Source of the DNA: Thermodesulfobacteriota bacterium | GTDB taxonomy: Bacteria > Desulfobacterota > Binatia > Bin18 | Direction of reading: 5' to 3' | DNA length: 64,000 bases | Assembly: GCA_964291405.2 (NCBI GenBank) | Contig: OZ219926.1 | Coordinates: 3,808,001 to 3,872,000 of the forward strand | Shown here: piece by piece, positions 19,485 through 27,548 of the stretch | How positions within the stretch are numbered: position 1 is the stretch's first letter | How the letters are laid out: the number at the start of each line of letters is the position of its first letter | Position numbers and translations under genes: made by a program | Notes under the pieces: generated by a model | Told to the model about the DNA's origin: nothing | Databases searched by the model: none | What the model saw: the letters and a program-made list of their open reading frames with translations, nothing else

Positions 19485-21521
19485 TCAGAATAATCCCGGA
19501 TGAAAGGTCCCGCTGGTATCCTCAGCCGTGCATAGAGCATCGGACACGATATCTCCAGTGTCCGCGCAGCATACGTCCGTCGGACCGCAGGTAAAGCCGT
19601 CAAACAAGATGCGGGCGGCCCCATCCTGGCCCTGAAGCGAAGGGTGGAAACAGTCGCAGCACGAGATCTGGTCGCTCGTAAACTTGTACATCCAAGAAGC
19701 ATTGCTGAAGCTGAGGGAAGTTCCGGCCGCCTTGACTGTCCCGCCAACCGTCTCGCCACCCACTGTCGCCACAGGAGAGGATTCCCCCTCAGCCAGGGCG
19801 GCGTACTCCGAAGAGACGCGCGCCATAATGTCACGATAGGCCCGCGCTGTTTCGTAACCATCTTTAAGGCGTTCGTCCGAGCAGTCTTTCGTAATAGACC
19901 CGCAGATACCAGTAGGGCGTACGCGAGCAAACCGATCCCACAGTGATTCGCAGCTTCCGCCAACAAGGGAACAGTTCGTTTTGTTCGCGTGGTTACACAA
20001 TTGGGTTACCCGCACGGGTGCGGCAATACCGATTTTCAATTCTGGGACGGTAATCAAAACATCGAGCCCCCTGCGAAACTCGCGCTCAAACGCCGCCTCC
20101 GTGGTTCGGCAGTGGTTCATCGGGTCCTGATCGTCTCCTTCTTCACAGTCGGCTTGAATACGCTCAATAGTTCCGCTGCAAATATCGTTATGGCCCATCT
20201 CGACCGCGACATAACGTGGAGCGGCCGGCGGCTCCATCCCGAAAAGCGCGGCTGATTCCTGTGCCTGGGCGAAAAAATCCTTGAGCATCTCGGCACCGGA
20301 TTCCGCGCTATTGGGGTCGGCATTCACAATCATGGCACCCTGCCGACATTCGATCCGCTCCGCCTGGCTATAGACCCCGTCCCCACCGTCGCCGCAAAAC
20401 GTACCATCCTGGGTGATGCTGGTTGCCCAGTTGAGGTTCTCCTGGTCTAGATTAGTACACTTCCCGACTCCCCCGGCGTTCACTGCCTTGCTGATGCTGT
20501 CCCCGATAGCGTCGATGGAGGCAATCCGGGGTCCGAGATTATCGAGCCGGGCAATCGTGAAGTTCTGGAGAGACTGTTGCCAGGCGACAATGAGGTCCGT
20601 TCCGTCCTCGGGAAAATCCTCCAGTCGGGCGTGTTTGCCAACGTCTTCCAGGAATTCTGTATCGAAGGTGGTGACCGTGAAGGTGGCACTGCCAAACTCC
20701 ACCCCGTCGGCCCGGGCGCTGACCGTATGGACGCCGTCGTCTAGCCGATTCCAGTTGAACAAGAGCCCAAAGCCGTTGTCGGTGTCCCCGCAGAGGACTT
20801 CCCCCTCCTGCGTATACTCCGTGTCCTCGCGGGTGGTCTTATAGCCGGCCCGCCAGGTCTCTTCCGTGGCGGTGCCGGGATTAAAGACAATATCAATCTG
20901 CTCGGCGTCACACACCCAGCCGGAAATCACGCCTACACCACTCTGAAACGAGCCCGGTTGTGGGTTCTCCAGAATATGCGGTGGCGCACCGCTCGTCCCA
21001 CCGCTACTCCTCATATCCCCCTGAATCACAAAGTTCTGGAGAGACTTTTGCCAGGCGAGGGTGACATCGACATTACGCCCATTCACCGGAAAATCTTCCA
21101 CGACAAACTCTCCGCTTACGTCATCCCGGAAGTCTTTCCCCAAGGTGGTGACCGTAAAGGTGGCCCGGCCGAACTCCACCCCGTCGGCCCGCGCACTAAC
21201 CGTATGCTGGCCATCGCCTAGCCGATTCCAGTTGAACAGCAAGCCAAAGCCGTTGTCGGTGTCGTTGCAGACACTCTCAGTGTCTTCACGGGTGGTCCGA
21301 TAACCGGCCCGCCAGGTCTCTCCCTCGCCGGTGTCGGGATTAGGATTAAAGACAATGTCAATCCGCTCGGCGTCACACACCCAGCCGGAAATCACGCCTA
21401 CACCACTCTGAAACGAGCCTGGTTGTGGGTTCTCGAAAACCGACTGCGCTCGGAGTGATTGAGGGAAGGACAAGCCGCCGATAAAGGTGACGAAGAGTGC
21501 AAGAACGAGTGTAATTTTCAT
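19485..21521 (-). CDS. Secreted protein: two tandem conserved N-terminal domains + SGNH/GDSL hydrolase
   Basis: Signal peptide MKITLVLALF...LRA; two ENPQPGSFQSGVGVISGWVC domains; SGNH blocks AIGDSIS, EMGHND, DCFHPS. Alternative start at 21539. Confidence 0.85.
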   Translation of the reverse strand: MKITLVLALFVTFIGGLSFPQSLRAQSVFENPQPGSFQSGVGVISGWVCDAERIDIVFNPNPDTGEGETWRAGYRTTREDTESVCNDTDNGFGLLFNWNRLGDGQHTVSARADGVEFGRATFTVTTLGKDFRDDVSGEFVVEDFPVNGRNVDVTLAWQKSLQNFVIQGDMRSSGGTSGAPPHILENPQPGSFQSGVGVISGWVCDAEQIDIVFNPGTATEETWRAGYKTTREDTEYTQEGEVLCGDTDNGFGLLFNWNRLDDGVHTVSARADGVEFGSATFTVTTFDTEFLEDVGKHARLEDFPEDGTDLIVAWQQSLQNFTIARLDNLGPRIASIDAIGDSISKAVNAGGVGKCTNLDQENLNWATSITQDGTFCGDGGDGVYSQAERIECRQGAMIVNADPNSAESGAEMLKDFFAQAQESAALFGMEPPAAPRYVAVEMGHNDICSGTIERIQADCEEGDDQDPMNHCRTTEAAFEREFRRGLDVLITVPELKIGIAAPVRVTQLCNHANKTNCSLVGGSCESLWDRFARVRPTGICGSITKDCSDERLKDGYETARAYRDIMARVSSEYAALAEGESSPVATVGGETVGGTVKAAGTSLSFSNASWMYKFTSDQISCCDCFHPSLQGQDGAARILFDGFTCGPTDVCCADTGDIVSDALCTAEDTSGTFHPGLF

Positions 21522-21640
21522 GACTATGCCTCGTAGCATTCCTCCGACAGGTTGACAAATACTTGGCAGGGGTATCCCATGGCCGGCTATAGTAAGAAAA
21601 GCCTTTCAGATGGGTAACCGTTCCAGAAGAAGGAGGGAGA

Positions 21641-23353
21641 ATGCAGTACGATCTGATTATTAAAAATGGGACCGTCGTTGATGGCTCGGGCATGCCCCGG
21701 TTCCGTGCCGACGTGGGTATCGTGGATGGAAAAATCGCCTCTATTGGCCGTGTTCGCGACGGGGCGCAAGAGACGATCGACGCCGAAGGTCACGTCGTCA
21801 CTCCCGGCTTTATTGATGGCCACACCCATATGGACGCCCAGGTCTCCTGGGACCCGCTTGGAACGTGTTCCTGCTGGCACGGCATTACCAGCGTGGTGAT
21901 GGGGAACTGCGGATTTTCGCTCGCGCCGTGTAAGGAGAGCGAAAAGGACATGGTCATGCGCAACCTGGAGCGGGCCGAAGATATCGCGCCCGAGGCCATG
22001 AACGCCGGCATCAAATGGACCTGGGAGACCTTTCCCGAGTATCTGGATTCGGTCGAGCGGATGCCCAAAGGCATCAACTATGCCGCCTATATGGGGCATT
22101 CCGCCCTGCGTACCCACGTGATGGGCGAGCGTGCCTTTACCGACCCGGCCACCGATCAGGACTTGGAGCAGATGAAACAGGCGGTGCGCGAAGCGATTCA
22201 GGCCGGCGCGATGGGGTTCACCACCTCGCGCACCCGTAACCACCAGACGCCGCAGCGCCAGCCGGTGGCCAGCCGGCTGGCCACCTGGGACGAGGTCCGG
22301 CAGTTGGTTGGTACCATGGGCGAGATGGGGGCCGGCATCTTTGAAATCGCCGGAGAAGACACCGGTCAGAACCCGGAGCGCATCCGTGAATACATGGACC
22401 GCCTCAAGGCTTTGGCGGTCGATACCGGAGTCCCGGTGACCTACGGCATGTTCAGTATGCGCCGGGCGCCGGACTGCTGGCAGCCCTATCTCGATTTAAC
22501 CGACGAGACCGCGGCTGCGGGTGGCCGCATGTTCCTTCAGGTGCACAGCCGCGCGCTGAATGCGGTCCTGTCCTTCCAGACCAATACGCCCTTCGACCGG
22601 TTGCCGAGCTGGCGTGCACTCAAGAAGATGAAGTCGCTCGAAGAGAAGGAAGCGGCCCTGCGGAACCCCGACTACCGGCGCAAACTGGTTGAAGAGGCTC
22701 ACACGCAAGAAGACGATGGCAACCGGGGAGTCGGGCCTGAAGCGCGGGCGGCGAATTTCAAATGGCTGTTCTTGATGGACAAGCCCAATCCGCCCCACCG
22801 CTCCATCGAAGAGATCGCCACAGAGCGGAACCAGGACCCGGTCGAGACCTTTATTGATCTGGCCCTGGAGAAAAACCTCAAGCAATTCTTCCTGCAACCC
22901 CTGGCCAACGAGAACCAGGAGCATGTGCTGGAGATGATGCGGCACCCGCGTTCCGTGATCACCTTCTCCGACTCCGGCGCCCACGTATCCCAGATTATGG
23001 ACTCTTCCTTACAGACCCATCTGCTGAGCCATTGGGTGCGCGAGCAGCAAGTCATCACCCTCGAAGACGCGGTCCGGCAGCTCACCTTCGTGCCGGCTTC
23101 CCAGTGGGGGTTGCACGGACGCGGCCTGCTGCGCGAGGGGATGACCGCGGACGTCGTAGTCTTCAATCCAGAAACGGTCGGGCCGATGATGCCGGAGTTG
23201 ACCTACGATCTACCCGCAGGTGCGCGACGGCTCAAACAGAAAGCCGCGGGCTTTCTGGCTTCGGTTGTCAATGGCCAAGTGGTCCTGCGCGAAAACGAGC
23301 ATACCGACGCGCTGCCCGGACAGTTGTTGCGTGGGCCGTTGGCTCAACGTTAA
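21641..23353 (+). CDS. N-acyl-D-amino-acid deacylase-like amidohydrolase (copy 1)
   Basis: IKNGTVVDGSG, PGFIDGHTHMD, MGNCGFSLAPC, SDSGAH, VVNGQV. Confidence 0.88.
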   Translation: MQYDLIIKNGTVVDGSGMPRFRADVGIVDGKIASIGRVRDGAQETIDAEGHVVTPGFIDGHTHMDAQVSWDPLGTCSCWHGITSVVMGNCGFSLAPCKESEKDMVMRNLERAEDIAPEAMNAGIKWTWETFPEYLDSVERMPKGINYAAYMGHSALRTHVMGERAFTDPATDQDLEQMKQAVREAIQAGAMGFTTSRTRNHQTPQRQPVASRLATWDEVRQLVGTMGEMGAGIFEIAGEDTGQNPERIREYMDRLKALAVDTGVPVTYGMFSMRRAPDCWQPYLDLTDETAAAGGRMFLQVHSRALNAVLSFQTNTPFDRLPSWRALKKMKSLEEKEAALRNPDYRRKLVEEAHTQEDDGNRGVGPEARAANFKWLFLMDKPNPPHRSIEEIATERNQDPVETFIDLALEKNLKQFFLQPLANENQEHVLEMMRHPRSVITFSDSGAHVSQIMDSSLQTHLLSHWVREQQVITLEDAVRQLTFVPASQWGLHGRGLLREGMTADVVVFNPETVGPMMPELTYDLPAGARRLKQKAAGFLASVVNGQVVLRENEHTDALPGQLLRGPLAQR

Positions 23354-23414
23354 GCGTCGGATTTTTGACTTTCCATACGGGCGGATGTGAGCGATCATGT
23401 CCGCCCGTGTGTTA

Positions 23415-24128
23415 TTATCCCGGCAGCGCCCGGCACTCCTGACCGCCATGGAGCTGCGGGTCAAGCCCGACGGTCTCTCCGGCCACCTGTCCGGCGGCAT
23501 AGCCCTCGGGGTCAACTTTCAGCGAGCGTGGTGTGCCGGACAGCTTGCGAATGCGCGTCCCTTGGCCAGCCAGATAGGTATAGACCTCGTCGCGATAGTT
23601 TTTCCGTACCGCGGGCAAGGTGGTCTTGGCTGCGGCCGGCTCTCGTTCGGCGATCAGGGCTTTGATTTTATCGGTGATAGACTGGGCACAGCCATAGGCA
23701 AAGGAGTCCAGAAAACGCCGCCCCTTGCCGTAATGCTCCTTGCGTAAGCGCTGGACGGTATGAATCAGATAGCCCAGCATTTCTTTGGCAACAACGACGT
23801 TATGGGAGCGACCGATAATAAACGACCGGCCCACGGACAGGGTCGAACAGCAGAAATACAGTTTGCAAGTCGCGAGCCAGAGCAGCCGTTCCCACGGGAG
23901 CAGGCGGCTCGTCTTCCAGCCCTCGACCCGCATGGCCTGTTCGCTCTGCCCGCCCTGGGCCTCAACCTCTGTCAACGAGAGATTATACGTGGCAAGGAGC
24001 TGATGAACCTTGGCCGCCGCCAGGGCCGCTTCGTGTTCGGTTGCGGCCTCATCGCGGCTGAGTTGGAGCAGTTTTTGAATTTTATGGATGAGGGAATCCG
24101 GAGCAACGAGATCGATTGCGGTGTCCAT
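23415..24128 (-). CDS. DUF2786-domain protein
   Basis: N-terminal KIQKLLQLS...TEHEAALAAAKVHQLLATYNL and C-terminal GYAAGQVAG. Confidence 0.75.
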   Translation of the reverse strand: MDTAIDLVAPDSLIHKIQKLLQLSRDEAATEHEAALAAAKVHQLLATYNLSLTEVEAQGGQSEQAMRVEGWKTSRLLPWERLLWLATCKLYFCCSTLSVGRSFIIGRSHNVVVAKEMLGYLIHTVQRLRKEHYGKGRRFLDSFAYGCAQSITDKIKALIAEREPAAAKTTLPAVRKNYRDEVYTYLAGQGTRIRKLSGTPRSLKVDPEGYAAGQVAGETVGLDPQLHGGQECRALPG

Positions 24129-24193
24129 TCCTACCTATTCTACTGGGCACCCTAAGAAAACACTAGGCCGTCTTGTCGCTATCAGTGCCGTGC

Positions 24194-24988
24194 TCAGCTC
24201 CCAAGCTGACCGATGCCCCAGCGGATACCGCGCCTGAGTAGTTCATAGTAGACCGGTGACTCCCACGAACAGCGCTCAATAGAGCAGACCGGCATAAAGG
24301 GCTGCATGTCATATTTCCCCCGACAGTGACCGAGCGTCAGATAGAGAACTTCACCCTGACCGTAGGGGTGTAGATAGAGCTGGGGACGTGGGTCGTCATT
24401 GCCCAGGTCTTCGCGGACATAGCCCTCCGACTTGGCGTTATAGCGCGACTCCAGCAGCGTGTGGATTTCTCCATAGAATTCGCAATAATACGGCTCATCC
24501 ATGACCTCGAAGGGTTGAATGTCGCGGACGAGCGGATGGCTGGGGTCGGCGACCGTGACGTGAATAGGCTGAATGGGCGGATGCGACACAAAATGGTTGC
24601 CCAGCATGTCAGACAAGGCCGGTGCTTTCCGTGGCGTATCAACTTTGCCCGGAATCACAATCCCGTCGGTCTCCAGGCTTTGGCCGACAAACTCCAGCAG
24701 CGCACTCGTGCCGTGCAGGGCAAACCAGCGCCCGCCGCTGCTGAGAAATTGCTTGAGACCCTCCTGTTGCTCCGGGGTCGGACACACGTCGCAGGTATAG
24801 GTGACGAGAAGCTTAGATTGCCGGATGGCGTCATGATCGCGGTAATCTTCGGCGACCCGGATAACCACGTCCTCGTGTTCGGCCAGAAGCTTGAGCAATT
24901 CAAGTCGAGCAAAATTGGTGTCGTGATATTTGGCGTTACAGATGAGATAGACATCAATACGGGCATCTCCAGGACTATTTTCTGCCAT
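24194..24988 (-). CDS. ThuA-like (trehalose utilisation / class I GAT-like) domain protein
   Basis: GGRWFALHG, FVSHPP, DEPY, YGQGEVLYLTLGH. Start MAENS follows GAGGAG. Confidence 0.82.
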   Translation of the reverse strand: MAENSPGDARIDVYLICNAKYHDTNFARLELLKLLAEHEDVVIRVAEDYRDHDAIRQSKLLVTYTCDVCPTPEQQEGLKQFLSSGGRWFALHGTSALLEFVGQSLETDGIVIPGKVDTPRKAPALSDMLGNHFVSHPPIQPIHVTVADPSHPLVRDIQPFEVMDEPYYCEFYGEIHTLLESRYNAKSEGYVREDLGNDDPRPQLYLHPYGQGEVLYLTLGHCRGKYDMQPFMPVCSIERCSWESPVYYELLRRGIRWGIGQLGS

Positions 24989-25162
24989 AGCGATCTCCTC
25001 TGGCTGGTATAACCTTGGCTCCATTATCCAGTTCGTCGGCCAGAAAGATATCCTGGAGCGCTATGCCGGGAAAGAGACTGCCCGCATACATCTTTGCACC
25101 TGAGCCTGAGGGTGCTATGCCGTCAGTATTGAAAAATACTCTCAGCACTCAGGAGGGGAATT

Positions 25163-26161
25163 ATGGAAAACGGACATACCATTTGTGTCGGAACTGTTGG
25201 CGCTGGGGTGTGGTATAGCTCGGACAGTGGCGCCCGTTGGCGGCGGAGTCGTATGAAGCTGCCGTTCTATGCCGAACCTGGGGAAATCCAGATTCGTTCG
25301 CTGGTGGTGTCCCCGCACAACCCCAACGTGGTGTATGCCGGCTCCGAGGTTGGGCTGTATCGCAGCGAGGATAAGGGCGCGGTCTGGGACTTGGTCGAAT
25401 CTCCCGCAGACGGCAAACAAATCTGGTCCATTGCCGTGCATCCTGACGACCCGAACGTCATTCTTTTCGGGACCAAACCGCCGTGCGTCTTTCGCACCAA
25501 GGACGGCGGTCAAACCTGGGAAGAGCTGCCCCTCAACGCGGCCGAGAGCTGCCTGGCCGGAGCGCCCAAGGTCACCAACCTCCTTTTTGATCCGCGCGAC
25601 TCCGGCACGGTCTGGGCCAGTGTTGAGATCGACGGTATCTATCGGAGTACCGATGGTGGCGACACCTGGGAGCATCTGCCCGCCCTGGGTAAAAGCGAGC
25701 TGAATCAGGATATCCACGGTCTGACCATCAGCCCCGACCCGCACCGAAAAATCATCGCCACCACCCCGGACGGTATTTGGACCAGCACGGACGAAGGCCA
25801 GAACTGGGCGCTACACGAGTTCCCACGTTTCTCCGAGCGGGGCATTTCGTACTGTCGCGGTGTGGCGCTGAAGGCCGACGATCCCAACGTCATGTTTGTG
25901 GGTAATGGGGATTTCATTCCGGGCAAGGTCGGGGCTATCCAGCGTTCGACCGATGGTGGACAAACCTGGCAGGCCGCCCCGTTACCCACCGTACCCAACT
26001 CAACCATGTACTGGTTTGCCACGCATCCGGCAGACCCTGACTTTATTGTGGCCAACAGCCTGCACGGCTATGTCTACACCAGTCAGGACGGCGGGGCGTC
26101 GTGGAGTAAATCCGAACGGGAGTTCGGTGAGGTCCGGGCCTTAGCTTGGGTACCAAACTAG
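25163..26161 (+). CDS. BNR/Asp-box beta-propeller protein (YCF48/VPS10-like)
   Basis: Seven S/T-x-D-x-G-x-x-W Asp-boxes (SSDSGARW, SEDKGAVW, TKDGGQTW, STDGGDTW, STDEGQNW, STDGGQTW, SQDGGASW). No signal peptide. Confidence 0.85.
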   Translation: MENGHTICVGTVGAGVWYSSDSGARWRRSRMKLPFYAEPGEIQIRSLVVSPHNPNVVYAGSEVGLYRSEDKGAVWDLVESPADGKQIWSIAVHPDDPNVILFGTKPPCVFRTKDGGQTWEELPLNAAESCLAGAPKVTNLLFDPRDSGTVWASVEIDGIYRSTDGGDTWEHLPALGKSELNQDIHGLTISPDPHRKIIATTPDGIWTSTDEGQNWALHEFPRFSERGISYCRGVALKADDPNVMFVGNGDFIPGKVGAIQRSTDGGQTWQAAPLPTVPNSTMYWFATHPADPDFIVANSLHGYVYTSQDGGASWSKSEREFGEVRALAWVPN

Positions 26162-26358
26162 GTCTTTCTGTCTCAAAAGTTTCTCTCCATTTCCCTCTCT
26201 CATTATGAGAGAGGGAGGGTCTCGCCACTCAATTGAACGTGCATCACTCATTGTGTTCACGCCTCGTTGAGGAGATACAGCCAACCGAAACTCGCCCAAG
26301 GTTGTATAGAGACGAAGAAGCACATATTAAGGGACGGGTGCAAAAAACGGAGGCAGAC

Positions 26359-27519
26359 ATGCAGGCAGCGAGCAATGAGACAACGGGCGATTATGGGGCC
26401 GCTGAGTCGGCCATGCAGGTGTATCTGCGCGAGGGAGAGAAACGGGCCTATGCGCTCGATAATCGCGGTCCGATCCGTTTTCACGCCGATGGCAGGGTCC
26501 ACACCGACATTCTTGATGCCTATTGGAAATATGGCTTCTATGTCTTCGAGGGAGTGCTCGGGGAAGAGGAACTGAAGGATATCGAAGCCGACCTGTTCGA
26601 CATCATGGAACGCCTCCCGACCGAGCGGGGCTCTGCGGTCGATGCTCAGGGTCGCCCGGCCCTGGGGGCTGATTGTGAGGCGCGGACGCTGTTCTGGTCC
26701 AAACCGCTTGGCGACCCTTTTGGCGGGACCGATCTTGCCAACGGTCGGCATCCGGTCAAGATGCTGGAGCCCACCCCGGCCACGGATCTGCCTCAGGAAG
26801 TGGTCTATCTCATAATCGGCTCGCTACAATTTTCCGAAGCCAGCCTCCGCACCTATGCCCATCCGCATCTCCTGGCCGTGGCAGCAGCCGTCAACGGTGA
26901 GGATTTCTTGCCGTTCAGCGACGCGTTGTTTATTAAAGAGCCGGGCAAAGGGGCCTCGGTCGCCTGGCATCAGGATGGCACGACCCACTGGGACAGTCCG
27001 ACCTGGGACCAAGGAACCCACGGTTTCAACTTCATGGCCCAGCTCTACGGTTGCACTCCGGCAAACGGGGTGTGGGTCGTGCCGGGAACCCATAAAGTCG
27101 GACATATCGATATCACGCGACGGGTGGCCGAGGCGGGCTCGGAGCGTCTGCCGGATGCCGTTCCCATGGTGTGCGGTCCGGGTGATGTGGTCATCTCCAA
27201 CCGGCAATTGCTGCACTGTTCGTTTGCCAATACCAGCCCGGACTGGCGCGTCACGGTGAACTTTGGTTTTCATCGCCGCTCGTCCGTGTTGGGGGTGAAA
27301 GGTGGCGGAGTGCATAGCGCCCCGGCGGTCTACGATGAAGAACGTATCCGTATCCGCTCGCGCGTGATCGGCTATGCCATTGATGCGCGCCGGCAGCGCT
27401 TCCCGGACGAAACGCCGTTTGCCTATAAGCCGTTTGTCGAATCGGGCGAGCGCTACTGCTGGGACGAGGAAGCCAAAGCCAGCATGAAGGATTACAATCT
27501 GCTGGATTTCAGCATCTGA
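26359..27519 (+). CDS. Phytanoyl-CoA dioxygenase (PhyH) family Fe(II)/2-oxoglutarate oxygenase
   Basis: WHQD motif, NGVWVVPGTH, LLHCSFANTSPDWR. Start MQAAS follows GGAGG. Confidence 0.85.
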   Translation: MQAASNETTGDYGAAESAMQVYLREGEKRAYALDNRGPIRFHADGRVHTDILDAYWKYGFYVFEGVLGEEELKDIEADLFDIMERLPTERGSAVDAQGRPALGADCEARTLFWSKPLGDPFGGTDLANGRHPVKMLEPTPATDLPQEVVYLIIGSLQFSEASLRTYAHPHLLAVAAAVNGEDFLPFSDALFIKEPGKGASVAWHQDGTTHWDSPTWDQGTHGFNFMAQLYGCTPANGVWVVPGTHKVGHIDITRRVAEAGSERLPDAVPMVCGPGDVVISNRQLLHCSFANTSPDWRVTVNFGFHRRSSVLGVKGGGVHSAPAVYDEERIRIRSRVIGYAIDARRQRFPDETPFAYKPFVESGERYCWDEEAKASMKDYNLLDFSI

Positions 27520-27548
27520 GGACGGACGGCATGGCGCCGTTTCTTCCT

